A stretch of DNA of 64,000 nucleotides from a candidate division WOR-3 bacterium (GTDB lineage: Bacteria > Hydrothermota > Hydrothermia > LBFQ01). Positions within the stretch are counted from its first letter, which is position 1; every line of letters begins with the position of its first letter. Where the stretch lies: positions 44,020-108,019 of the forward strand of contig JBDRWW010000006.1 in NCBI GenBank assembly GCA_039802605.1, read 5' to 3'. The notes beneath the pieces are model-generated. The model was not told where the DNA came from, did no database searches, and was given only the letters and a program-made list of their open reading frames with translations. A program made the position numbers and the translations under genes. Positions 38,136 to 47,775 of the stretch are shown piece after piece.

Positions 38136-40917
38136 ATGATATGTTCAATACTGGGCTATAAATACCCTCGTTATTAAATGGAAATGCCCAATCAAGCCTT
38201 ATCGGAATGTAAAACACGTTGAACCTAATTCCAAAACCCACATCCGCAAAAACATTATAATCCTTTCCAAAAAGATGTAAAACCATAGGGTATAGTCTCT
38301 CGTAATTTTCCTTTAAAACCTCATCGTTACTGAACCAGGCATTCCCAACATCCAAAAAGGCTAAGGCTCTCAAATTCCGGATTTCTAAGGGTAAAAATCC
38401 AAATTTAAGCCTATCTATAAACGGAAATCTTATCTCGGATGTATATTGCACATAATTATTACCTATCAATGCCCTTACCAGTTTATCCTTATCGTAAAAG
38501 AAGTAGTATAGGTCATATCCCCTCAAACCGTAAGGCCCTCCCGCCGTATATACATTCCCGTTCTTTCCAAAGCTTTTAGCCCCTATAAAGAGGTTTGCCC
38601 ATGTGGTTCTTGTTCCTATACTTCTAAAAAACATTCCCACAAATTGTATCCACCTGTTTTCCACCTGTGATAAGGGTAGGGATGAAGAGGCTGTAAATAG
38701 CCACCTTATACCATCCGTTGAACCGTATTGGCTTAAAAGTACATCGTCATACACAAAGGATAAAAATCCCTCATATCCTTTGGGATATTCAAACTTTGGA
38801 TATATACAGAATAAACTCGTCGTTATCCCGCAATAATATTCAAAACTGTCTTGGTGGAACTTTATCCAAGTGTTGTAATAAGATGATATTCCGGATTCCA
38901 ACCTGAAAAACCTATTGAAGGGATAAGCGCCAAAAACATCCAAACCAAACCTCTTTTCTATCACAAAATAAGGCTGGTAATACCTATAAAAGTACAACTG
39001 ATAAAAGTTTAAACCCTTGTCAAGCCTCCCCTTAAAGTTGTAATAGTTTATCATAAACTCCGAGTTTTCAATGTATTGCGACTGGCCGAGTAGCTGCAAT
39101 ATTATCCAGTTATCCCCAGGAATATCCGAAAACATCATAATAAGGGAACCCACGGTTCCATAAAAACTTGAATAGGAAAACCCGCCATAAGCGAAATCCA
39201 ACCCTAGGGTGAATCCCAAGGGTTCCTTCACCATTTGTACATCTTCGTCTTTCCTTACAATTATACCTTCTTCCCCTTTAAGTTCAACAACCAACTTTTC
39301 CTTCGGGAATTCCGTTGATAGGAATACATCCCAACCCCCCTCCCAAAGCATACTCATAACCCACCTTCCATTTTCGGCAACATCGTAATCCTGTATTTCC
39401 GAAAAGTAATTCGTTAAAATATAAGCGCTATCCCCTTTAAGTTTGAATAGATTCGCCGAACCCTTGTATTCGGATATAAACACTATGCCATCCCCTATCC
39501 TCTTGGGCTTTTTCAGAAACCTCATATATCCAAAAACCCTTTCCCTTTTACCCGTTAAGGTCATTTTGAATATGGCATAACTTCCGATTTCACCCTTTTC
39601 GTTCCTATCGCTAACGAATACAATAGTGCTATCATCATACCAAGAGGGGTCGTTATCCGAGAATTCATCGTTTGTTAGGTTCCTTAGGGTTTTGTTTTCC
39701 AAATCTAACAAATAAATATCCGGTACCCCATCCTTATAACCCACAAAAACGAACCTCTTTCCATCCGGGGAAATCTCACCTCCATGCGCGCCATCCAGCC
39801 CCCTTAATTCGTATTTTGCTATTCTTTTAAACCTCTTTAAGTCGTAAATGCTCAAAATATCGCTAAAAGTCCCCTGCGATATTACCGCCAACTTTTTATC
39901 GGAAGATATGCTTAAAGATGGTTTTAAAACATGAAGGTTTTCGAAATCGGGTGTCCTTTCGCCTTCTTGGAGTAATTTAAGCTCCCTAGTAGCCAAATTT
40001 AAAACCCATATCCCCATTCTACCCCTTCTATCCGATATGAAGGCCACCAATGAGCCATCCGGAGAAATTGAAGCCCCAACATTCATATAAGAGTTGTCCT
40101 TTCTACGGCTTAACCTTTTTATATCACGGGGAAAGTCATACTCCCCCAAAACCCTCATAACCTTCGATTTTATATACATTGAGAACTCTTCGGATATTTC
40201 ATCGGGGTCTTTACCCGTAATACTTTTCAAGGCCCTTTCTATATTTCCCGACATACCCATCCTTATGAAATCCCTAACAGCCCTCTCACCATATACATCC
40301 TCCAAGAACTTAAAAAAGGCCTGTCCGTATCTGTAAGATATATACCCATAATAATAGCCCATTTCCTCTAAGCTCGGAAGCCTCAGGTTTACAACCAGGT
40401 CCCTCATATAAACTTCCGTTCTTAAATCCCATTTCTGCGCTATGTATTCCGCCATACCTTCTATGAACCACTGAGGCGGTTGGGAATAGGGGATTAAACC
40501 GGTTAATCCCCTTGAATATCCAAATTGTAATGCATGTACCAACTCGTGCCTTAAAACATGTCTAAACTCGTAATAATCCCCTGCAAAGGGAACCACCACC
40601 CTCCTCTTAAATCCCTCTGTAAATCCCCCTACGCCTTCGGGAACTATATAAGGTGATACATTTGTCTGTTGAAAATCCTTGGGGGAAATATATATTATTA
40701 CCGGGATCTTTTCCCCCTCTTTTAATGCCCCCGGAAGGTAATCCTTAAATTCTTTGTAGGCTTCCTCCAAAACATATACAGAAAATTCCGCAAGTTTTTC
40801 CCCACCCTGATAATGATAAACCTTAAAATGCTCGCTATCCAAAACCTTCCACTTTAAATCCTTATAATCCACCTTGTTTTGACCAAAAGACCACTGCGAA
40901 AGTAAAAACAGTACCAC
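38119..40917 (-). CDS. HExxH metallopeptidase-like / PD40 (TolB-like) beta-propeller / Omp85 (bacterial surface antigen) barrel fusion protein
   Basis: 932 aa. The N-terminal domain carries RHELVHALQF (40534-40548). PD40-like repeats follow (ISPDGSLVAFISDRRGRMGIWVLNL, ISPDGKRFVFVGY, PSWYDDSTIVFVSDRNEKG). The C-terminal barrel ends GFGIRFNVFYIPIRLDWAFPF...NISFGWDF. Confidence 0.75.
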   Translation of the reverse strand: MVLFLLSQWSFGQNKVDYKDLKWKVLDSEHFKVYHYQGGEKLAEFSVYVLEEAYKEFKDYLPGALKEGEKIPVIIYISPKDFQQTNVSPYIVPEGVGGFTEGFKRRVVVPFAGDYYEFRHVLRHELVHALQFGYSRGLTGLIPYSQPPQWFIEGMAEYIAQKWDLRTEVYMRDLVVNLRLPSLEEMGYYYGYISYRYGQAFFKFLEDVYGERAVRDFIRMGMSGNIERALKSITGKDPDEISEEFSMYIKSKVMRVLGEYDFPRDIKRLSRRKDNSYMNVGASISPDGSLVAFISDRRGRMGIWVLNLATRELKLLQEGERTPDFENLHVLKPSLSISSDKKLAVISQGTFSDILSIYDLKRFKRIAKYELRGLDGAHGGEISPDGKRFVFVGYKDGVPDIYLLDLENKTLRNLTNDEFSDNDPSWYDDSTIVFVSDRNEKGEIGSYAIFKMTLTGKRERVFGYMRFLKKPKRIGDGIVFISEYKGSANLFKLKGDSAYILTNYFSEIQDYDVAENGRWVMSMLWEGGWDVFLSTEFPKEKLVVELKGEEGIIVRKDEDVQMVKEPLGFTLGLDFAYGGFSYSSFYGTVGSLIMMFSDIPGDNWIILQLLGQSQYIENSEFMINYYNFKGRLDKGLNFYQLYFYRYYQPYFVIEKRFGLDVFGAYPFNRFFRLESGISSYYNTWIKFHQDSFEYYCGITTSLFCIYPKFEYPKGYEGFLSFVYDDVLLSQYGSTDGIRWLFTASSSLPLSQVENRWIQFVGMFFRSIGTRTTWANLFIGAKSFGKNGNVYTAGGPYGLRGYDLYYFFYDKDKLVRALIGNNYVQYTSEIRFPFIDRLKFGFLPLEIRNLRALAFLDVGNAWFSNDEVLKENYERLYPMVLHLFGKDYNVFADVGFGIRFNVFYIPIRLDWAFPFNNEGIYSPVLNISFGWDF

Positions 40918-40918
40918 T

Positions 40919-41542
40919 TTATCCCCTTTTCTTCGACTTTAACCTCTTTAAACGGAATTTATCCTCCCTCTCCCTATCTTCCAGAACCTGCCTTATAAAC
41001 TTCATTTCTGCCTGCAATTGGGGTATAACCCTCTGTTCAAGCGTATTAACCCTACGGGAGGTTTTCCTGATCTCGTTTCCCAATTTTTTCAATTTTGCTT
41101 CCAAAGGTACGAGTTCAAAAATCTTTTCAATCAACCTTTCATAAACGGATGCGGTTAAATCTATCCTCGCGGTTATGCTTATGGTTGAATATCCCCTCTC
41201 TTGTGGTTTTTTTATAAGGTTTTCGGGTTTTAAATCCGGTATTTTAACACCCCAAACCTTTATCTCGGATTTTTTTACCGTTAATTTCTTGCTTAGGGAT
41301 AAAGACGCCGACCTAAGGGCTTCCGGTCCATCGTATCCCAAGGCTACGGATAAAATTGCTACCGCCTTTCTGGCCTGTTTATCTATCTCCCTATGGGTTT
41401 CAACGATTGGAACAAGCAACTTTTGGAATTCCCTCATCAAGGCATCCCTTTTTTTCCTCAAAAGTTCCGCACCCTGTTTTGCTATAACCAACTGCCTTTT
41501 CCTCGCCAATAGGTTCATCCTCGTGGGACTAACCCTTTGCAT
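40919..41542 (-). CDS. ntpD: V/A-type ATP synthase subunit D
   Basis: 207 aa with MQRVSPTRMNLLARKRQLVIAKQGAELLRKKRDAL...RRVNTLEQRVIPQL...VLEDREREDKFRLKRLK. It matches the conserved ends of V-type subunit D closely. Confidence 0.85.
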   Translation of the reverse strand: MQRVSPTRMNLLARKRQLVIAKQGAELLRKKRDALMREFQKLLVPIVETHREIDKQARKAVAILSVALGYDGPEALRSASLSLSKKLTVKKSEIKVWGVKIPDLKPENLIKKPQERGYSTISITARIDLTASVYERLIEKIFELVPLEAKLKKLGNEIRKTSRRVNTLEQRVIPQLQAEMKFIRQVLEDREREDKFRLKRLKSKKRG

Positions 41543-41545
41543 AAG

Positions 41546-42184
41546 TTAAGTATTATAAGGTTGTGATTGAATATACCCACACTTGCCCCTCAAAGGACAA
41601 GCCTCACACAATGGCCTTTTCTTGCAATACCTTTTACCCAACTCATCCAGAAGGGCATGCATTTCCCTTAAGTAAAACAAATCATCGGATATGTGCAGAT
41701 GCCTTTTTAATGTTTTGTTATCAACCCTTAAACCGAAAAACCTCTCAAACCACCTTTTTGTGTATTCATCAACGATAAAAACGGGCTCGTTATAAGCATA
41801 AAGCAATATAACATCCGCGGTTTCCTCGCCTATACCGTAAACATTTAGCAAATCTTCCCTTTTAGGTTTTTTGTTCTGTACGACTTTATAAACTTCCCTA
41901 AGGGTCCTTATTTTTCTCTTAACAAACGCCGCAGGTTTTAAGACTCTGTAAGCCTCCTCGTCTTTAAGTTTAACCAATTTTTCAATTGATTTTATGCCCC
42001 TTCTCTCCAAGTTCATTAATGCCTTTTCAACATTTTTCCAGCTTACGTTTTGCGTTAATATAGCGCCTATTATTATTTCATCCAAAAAGTCCCCATCTTT
42101 CCAGATCCTAGGCCACCACTTTTGCCTTCCGAATTTGCACAACAACTTTAAGAATACCCATTCAACCTTTTCCTCACTAACCAT
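41546..42184 (-). CDS. endonuclease III-related HhH-GPD DNA glycosylase
   Basis: 212 aa with ILTQNVSWKNV, the helix-hairpin-helix VYGIGEETADVILLYA, and a C-terminal four-Cys cluster CKKRPLCEACPLRGKC. Confidence 0.75.
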   Translation of the reverse strand: MVSEEKVEWVFLKLLCKFGRQKWWPRIWKDGDFLDEIIIGAILTQNVSWKNVEKALMNLERRGIKSIEKLVKLKDEEAYRVLKPAAFVKRKIRTLREVYKVVQNKKPKREDLLNVYGIGEETADVILLYAYNEPVFIVDEYTKRWFERFFGLRVDNKTLKRHLHISDDLFYLREMHALLDELGKRYCKKRPLCEACPLRGKCGYIQSQPYNT

Positions 42185-43611
42185 AAAGCAACACTTATCA
42201 AAACCGACAAATAAGGAAAAATATAACCAAAGGATACGAACGGAGTGCGGTGGTTGTACAAACCAACATCCGCCACAATCCTCCCCCTTACATATAAGGG
42301 CAAAGAGTCCAGAACCTTACCCTCGGGTGTTATTATCGCCGATATGCCCGTTTTAGCCGCCCTTATTATATACCTTCCGGTTTCAACGGCCCTTGGAATA
42401 CCCAAATGGAAGTGTTCAACGGGTCCAATACTTTTGCCAAACCACCCATCACTCGTTATAATAACCAAAACATTCGCACCGTTATCGGCCAATTTTTTAC
42501 CTATACCGCTGAATATTGATTCGTAGCATATCATAACGCCGAGTTTATGCTCTTTAAATTGTATAGGATAAAATCCCCTTCCCCTTTGATAGTTTCCCTG
42601 CCCCAATTCAACATTCCTTATAAATTCCGGCAATATCTCGTAAAAGGGTAAGTTTTCCCCAAAAGGAACAAGCCTAACCTTATCGTAAAATCCTATAATT
42701 TTATTATCGGTATCTACCAAAAGCGCCCTGTTAAAGAACGAATATTCCTTTTCCCCCTTTTCCACACCCGCGGTTCCAAACAACAATGGGGAATTTGTTC
42801 TACTGACAATTTCATAAACTATTTTTTTGGAATTTTCGGAAAACTTATAAACACCGGGAAACGCGGATTCCGATGCGACCAAAAGGTCAATACCCTTTAA
42901 ACCCTCCGTTATTTCTCTGTATGCCTTAAAGGTTTGTTCCCATTCTTTCGGGTCGTAATCCAACCTTGGTAAAATGTTAGGCTGTAAAATCGCCACTTTT
43001 ATGGTATCGTAGGGTTTTGGAATCCTATAAGCGAAGTTCCATATCAAACCCAACAGTAAAATCAACGAGGCCAACCTCCACCTCTTAATCCCTATAAATC
43101 CCCCCACCAAAACCCCATAAAAGGATAAGAAATAAACACCAAATATTGATGCCATCTTCAAAAACGGCGATTTAACGAAACTTTCGCCGATTAAAGCCCA
43201 AGGATAGGATAAATCCCCTAGGTATTCCCCCCTTATAAACTCCAAAGATGAAAACGCAAAAGCCCCAAATATCACCGAATATATCCCCTTAAACCTTGAT
43301 GTCATCCAACCCCAAAAAGCCCAAATCAAACACAGTATTAAAGCCATAGAAACAACGCCGGCAAACAGCAAAGGCTTTAAAGCCCTTGGAACATCTAAAT
43401 TGTAAATCCAAAAGGAGTGGTAAATCCAATACGGCAAACCGATGACAAAGGACATTAAAAAGGGCTTTTTTGTGCTTTTTAACAGATAAAACCACAGGGA
43501 AAAACCGAGAAAGGGTAGAAGGGGTATAAAAAACGGTGAATTACCAAAGATTAATAATAACGAAACCCCTAACGCCCTTAAAATATCACTTTTCGGAGAG
43601 GATTTCTTCAA
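42148..43611 (-). CDS. lnt: apolipoprotein N-acyltransferase
   Basis: 487 aa with an N-terminal polytopic domain plus a CN-hydrolase domain. Motifs VASESAF, VRLVPFGE and the catalytic-Cys motif ICYESIF are present. Confidence 0.85.
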   Translation of the reverse strand: MKKSSPKSDILRALGVSLLLIFGNSPFFIPLLPFLGFSLWFYLLKSTKKPFLMSFVIGLPYWIYHSFWIYNLDVPRALKPLLFAGVVSMALILCLIWAFWGWMTSRFKGIYSVIFGAFAFSSLEFIRGEYLGDLSYPWALIGESFVKSPFLKMASIFGVYFLSFYGVLVGGFIGIKRWRLASLILLLGLIWNFAYRIPKPYDTIKVAILQPNILPRLDYDPKEWEQTFKAYREITEGLKGIDLLVASESAFPGVYKFSENSKKIVYEIVSRTNSPLLFGTAGVEKGEKEYSFFNRALLVDTDNKIIGFYDKVRLVPFGENLPFYEILPEFIRNVELGQGNYQRGRGFYPIQFKEHKLGVMICYESIFSGIGKKLADNGANVLVIITSDGWFGKSIGPVEHFHLGIPRAVETGRYIIRAAKTGISAIITPEGKVLDSLPLYVRGRIVADVGLYNHRTPFVSFGYIFPYLSVLISVALWLVRKRLNGYS

Positions 43612-44512
43612 TTTTGACCGTTGGATAAGGTATGAGTTTGTTTGAAATCAAATATTGGTTAAACTTTTGGAAATCCCCTAGATCCTCAGGCACTACAAAC
43701 TTTGGAAGTCTGTTTAACGATAAACCCAAGTGTTTATTGAGGATTTTTTTCGCCTCTTCCGGATTTGAGTTTATATATTCTATCGCCTCCTTAATTGACC
43801 TCTTAATCCTGTTTATAGCCTCTTTCCTCAGGGATACATTAACCGCAGATGATATTCCCATACCTTGAATGACGGGTATATCCGGCGAAAAGATCAAGTT
43901 CCTCCCTATAACCCTATACCCTTTCTTTTCCAAATAGGATAATATGGGTTCGTTGGCGTAGATCGCATCAACCCTTCCGTTATCCAAAGCGCTTTCCATC
44001 TCGTCCAAGGTCAAACCTATAAAATCCACCGCAGTATCACCCAAACTTTTGAGCCTTTCCTCCAAGAGTACATTATACCTCGTGTTATCATAATATCCTA
44101 TCCTCTTGCCGCTCAAATTTTTCAAATTTATACTTGTATCCTTAACAACCAAACCATCGCCGTTATCCTTGGAATAGTACAAAACCCTTAAAGTTTTTAA
44201 ATCACCGGCATTCTTAAAAACCGAATATGTGTAATCTATTCCAAAGGATGCATACAGGGCACCTTTAAGGGTGTTTTCCAATTCGTCTAAGGGCCTGCTA
44301 ACCTCGTTGGGCTTAAACTTTACCCCGTTTCTTTCAAATATTCCCATATCATAAGCAACCCAATACGGAAGGCTTGAAATATCTTCAATTGTTGCTATAC
44401 TTACCTCTATTTCCTTTGGCTTTTGTCCAGGGCGCGCCAAGATTATTATAAGGATTATCGCAAGGATCACATTTATAACCGTAATAATTGCGTTTTGGAA
44501 TCTGTTGGCCAT
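43586..44512 (-). CDS. membrane-anchored ABC-type substrate-binding protein (NMT1/THI5-like)
   Basis: Start set at the MANRFQNAIITVINVILAIILIIILA ATG (44510-44512), which has TACAAT 8 nt upstream. The periplasmic-binding-protein-like body is a weak family call. Confidence 0.55.
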   Translation of the reverse strand: MANRFQNAIITVINVILAIILIIILARPGQKPKEIEVSIATIEDISSLPYWVAYDMGIFERNGVKFKPNEVSRPLDELENTLKGALYASFGIDYTYSVFKNAGDLKTLRVLYYSKDNGDGLVVKDTSINLKNLSGKRIGYYDNTRYNVLLEERLKSLGDTAVDFIGLTLDEMESALDNGRVDAIYANEPILSYLEKKGYRVIGRNLIFSPDIPVIQGMGISSAVNVSLRKEAINRIKRSIKEAIEYINSNPEEAKKILNKHLGLSLNRLPKFVVPEDLGDFQKFNQYLISNKLIPYPTVKIEEILSEK

Positions 44513-44520
44513 AGGTGGGT

Positions 44521-44526
44521 ATTGTA
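44521..44526 (-). promoter_or_regulatory. -10 box TACAAT, 8 nt upstream of ATG 44512
   Basis: Minus strand reads TACAAT-ACCCACCT-ATG. Confidence 0.4.
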
Positions 44527-44585
44527 AGGTTGAAACAACGATAAAAAGTTGCAAACAATTTGTTCATTTTAACAATCAACCTCTA

Positions 44586-44591
44586 TAAAAT
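44586..44591 (+). promoter_or_regulatory. -10 box TAAAAT, 8 nt upstream of gltA ATG 44600
   Basis: TAAAAT-ATCCGGTT-ATG. A possible -35, TTGTTC, is at 44560-44565. Confidence 0.4.
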
Positions 44592-44599
44592 ATCCGGTT

Positions 44600-45727
44600 A
44601 TGAACGAGGTAAAGTTTTCAAAAGGCTTAGAGGGTATTCCCGCTGCGGAAACGGTTTTAACATACATAGACGGGCAAGAGGGTAAGCTGTATTATCTTGG
44701 AATTCCCATTGAGGAATGGGCGGAAAAATCCACATATGAAGAAGTGGCATTATCCCTATTGCTGAGGAGGTTGCCAACAAAGGGTGAGTTAATGCTTTTT
44801 GATTCCGCCCTGAGGAATTCAAGGGACTTACCCGAAGAGGTAATAGATTTCATATACGATTTGCCCCCGGAAACGCATCCAATGGCCGCCCTTAGAACGG
44901 TTGTATCTTTGCTGGAATCCTATGATGAGGATGCAAAGGGAGGCGACCTTGAATCGAAGTTTAGAATTTCAATAAAACTTATAGCAAAGTTCCCCACAAT
45001 TGTGGCGTATTTTGATAGGATTAGGAAGGGGCTTGAAATCGTGAGACCTAATCCCTCCTTAAACCATGCCGCAAACTTTTTATACATGCTAAGAGGTGAA
45101 AAACCTTCCGAATACGAGACAAGGGTTATGGATATCGCCTTAATACTCCACGCGGATCATGAAATGAACGCATCAACGTTTACATCCATGGTTATAGCAT
45201 CAACCCTATCAGACATGTATTCGGCCATTACCGGTGGTGTAGGTGCCTTAAAGGGACCCCTACACGGTGGGGCAAACGAGGAGGTTTTAAAGATGTTTGA
45301 AGAGATAGGTTCGGAAGACAATGTTCAAAATTACATAGAAAACGCCTTATCCCAGAAGAAAAAGATAATGGGATTTGGGCATAGGGTTTATAAGGCATAC
45401 GATCCTAGGGCAAAAATCTTAAAGAGAATAGCCGAGAGCCTTTCAATGAACAGCAAATACTACAAGATAGCCGTTAAGGTTGAAGAATATATGATGCAAA
45501 AGGTTGCACAAAAGGGCATATTCCCGAATGTTGATTTCTATTCGGGTATCGTTTATAACGCCCTCGGTATAAGTTCCGATCTCTTTACACCCATATTTGC
45601 CATAAGTAGGGTTGCGGGTTGGTGTGCCCATATCCTTGAATACTTGGAGGATAACCGGATATTTAGGCCCTCCGTTGTATATAAAGGTGAACTTGATAAG
45701 CCGTACATACCCATAGATCAGCGCTAA
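44600..45727 (+). CDS. gltA: citrate synthase
   Basis: 375 aa with GLEGIPAAET, HADHEMNASTF, GPLHGGANE and MGFGHRVYKAYDPRA. Confidence 0.9.
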   Translation: MNEVKFSKGLEGIPAAETVLTYIDGQEGKLYYLGIPIEEWAEKSTYEEVALSLLLRRLPTKGELMLFDSALRNSRDLPEEVIDFIYDLPPETHPMAALRTVVSLLESYDEDAKGGDLESKFRISIKLIAKFPTIVAYFDRIRKGLEIVRPNPSLNHAANFLYMLRGEKPSEYETRVMDIALILHADHEMNASTFTSMVIASTLSDMYSAITGGVGALKGPLHGGANEEVLKMFEEIGSEDNVQNYIENALSQKKKIMGFGHRVYKAYDPRAKILKRIAESLSMNSKYYKIAVKVEEYMMQKVAQKGIFPNVDFYSGIVYNALGISSDLFTPIFAISRVAGWCAHILEYLEDNRIFRPSVVYKGELDKPYIPIDQR

Positions 45728-46906
45728 TTGAGGGTTTTACACATAATTACCGCATGCCCCTATGATGATGAGGAAGGGGATGTTTTAACCCCTTGGCTTT
45801 GGAGGGTTTTAGAGGAGTTAGGCAATAGGGGTGTAAAGGTAGATTTGCTTTGTCCAACTTATAAAGGGAAAAGGGGTGAATATTTTAGGGGTTTTTATGT
45901 CCATAGGTATCGTTATTGTATTTCCAAATGGGAGATTTTGGGTTATAAGACCGCCATTCCAGAAATTCTAAAAACCAACAAATTGGCCTACGCTTTAATA
46001 CCCTTCTATATCTTATCCGGCCTTTTGAAATCCTTTATACTTTCCGGTACGGAAAACTACGATGTTGTGCATGTGCATTGGCCTTTTCCCTTGGCCGTTC
46101 CATCTCTGCCCTTTAAAATGAGGGGAATACCCGTTGTTCATTCGTACTACACCGCTGAGATAAAGCTAATTGAAAACCTCGGTCCCTTAGGGAAGTTTCT
46201 CAGGTTGCTTTCAAATACCGCCGATGTAAAAACCGCAATTTCAACATATGTAAAGGATTTGCTCGGTTATGAAGATGTTATAATTATACCCTATGCGGCA
46301 GCCTTAGATATTAGGGAATTCCATCCACCCAAGGAAAAACCGGAAAAACCCGTTATACTATTTGTCGGCAGACTTGTTGAAAGGAAGGGGGTTAGATACC
46401 TAATAGAAGCCACCAAAATTTTAAGGGGAAAGGGTGTTAATGCATCCCTTCATATAGTGGGGGATGGGCCTTTGAGAAAAGAACTTGAAGAATTGAGCAA
46501 AGGTTTGGGTTTGGAAGATGTGGTTTTATTTAAGGGGAAAATTGGGAGCCAGGAGTTGATAAATGAATACGAGAACTCAAACATCTTCGTTTTGCCTTCC
46601 ATAATTGATTCAAGGGGAGACACGGAGGGTTTGGGGGTTGTTTTGATAGAGGCTTTAACATTTGGATTACCCGTAATAGCCAGTAGGGTTGGGGGTATTC
46701 CGGATATAATAATTGACAAAGAAACCGGCCTTTTGGTGAATGAGAAGGACCCCGTAAGTTTGGCATCGGCCATAGAATACCTGCTTTTAAACTGGGAGGA
46801 GGCCAAGAAAATGGTTATTATGGGGCAAAGGAGGGTAAAGGATAAGTTTTCCCCCGAGATTATAGCGGATAAAATTCTGGAAATTTATAGGGGTTTAAAA
46901 AGTTGA
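45728..46906 (+). CDS. glycosyltransferase family 4 (GT-B)
   Basis: 392 aa, TTG start. It has FVGRLVERKGV and the EX7E region GDTEGLGVVLIEALTFGLPVIASRVGGIPDII. Confidence 0.85.
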   Translation: MRVLHIITACPYDDEEGDVLTPWLWRVLEELGNRGVKVDLLCPTYKGKRGEYFRGFYVHRYRYCISKWEILGYKTAIPEILKTNKLAYALIPFYILSGLLKSFILSGTENYDVVHVHWPFPLAVPSLPFKMRGIPVVHSYYTAEIKLIENLGPLGKFLRLLSNTADVKTAISTYVKDLLGYEDVIIIPYAAALDIREFHPPKEKPEKPVILFVGRLVERKGVRYLIEATKILRGKGVNASLHIVGDGPLRKELEELSKGLGLEDVVLFKGKIGSQELINEYENSNIFVLPSIIDSRGDTEGLGVVLIEALTFGLPVIASRVGGIPDIIIDKETGLLVNEKDPVSLASAIEYLLLNWEEAKKMVIMGQRRVKDKFSPEIIADKILEIYRGLKS

Positions 46907-47775
46907 GGGTTTGCAAATTTAAAGGGATTATTTTCACCGTCATACCCCCACCCGTTGATTGGGAGGGGGAAAAGGTTAAGAGGAAAGCCTTTGAGATTGT
47001 CTCAATTTCCAATATGCTGAACATAAGAACCATAAACATACCTGAGGTCATAGAGGAAAAGGATGGAAAGGGTAGGGTGGTACCCTATAAACCAAAGGTT
47101 GATAATGTGGAATTCGGGAAGATCCTAAAAGGTTTCGATGGGAATTTGGACATAATCATAGATAAGGTTGTTCCCCTAATTCCCAAGGATTTGTTGGAGG
47201 ATACCCTGTTAAGCATATCCAAAGAATTCAAAGGCATAACCTTGGTGGGTGGGGAATCTTCAAAGAAGGTTTATCCGGGTTTTTCCCCTTTGGAAGCGGT
47301 GGGATTTGCAAGGGGTTTGTTCTCAAAGGTTTATGGGATAACGATATTCACCCGGAAAAACGAGGCCGAAAGGCTTTTGGCAAAAACCAAAGCGGGATTT
47401 AATGCCTTTATATCCCAAATAGTCTTCGAAACCGAAAATATGAGGAAAGTCTTAAAAGAATATTACAAACTTTGCAATTCCGAGGGCATAAAACCCGCAA
47501 CGATATATATAAGTTTGGCACCGGCCTCTAAGAAAAAGGATATAGAATTTATGGAATGGCTTGGCGTTTACATCCCAGAGGACATAAAAAGGTATTTGCT
47601 TGAAGACGAAGGGTTAATTGAAAAAAGGAGCATTGAAATCGTTGAAAGATTGGCCCTTGATGTTTCTACAACGGAGGGCGAATTGGGTATAAATGTTGAA
47701 CATGTTATGTATAACAACTTGCAGGTTGCCGGTTATACATTACACAGAATAAAGGAGGTATGCGGATGGAAATAA
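46903..47775 (+). CDS. methylenetetrahydrofolate reductase-like protein (distant)
   Basis: 290 aa. Overall layout and the AGFNAFISQIVFE segment resemble the MetF AGAD..ITQ.FFD region. The gene is coupled to the MetE-like genes downstream. Similarity was judged by eye only. Confidence 0.45.
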   Translation: MRVCKFKGIIFTVIPPPVDWEGEKVKRKAFEIVSISNMLNIRTINIPEVIEEKDGKGRVVPYKPKVDNVEFGKILKGFDGNLDIIIDKVVPLIPKDLLEDTLLSISKEFKGITLVGGESSKKVYPGFSPLEAVGFARGLFSKVYGITIFTRKNEAERLLAKTKAGFNAFISQIVFETENMRKVLKEYYKLCNSEGIKPATIYISLAPASKKKDIEFMEWLGVYIPEDIKRYLLEDEGLIEKRSIEIVERLALDVSTTEGELGINVEHVMYNNLQVAGYTLHRIKEVCGWK

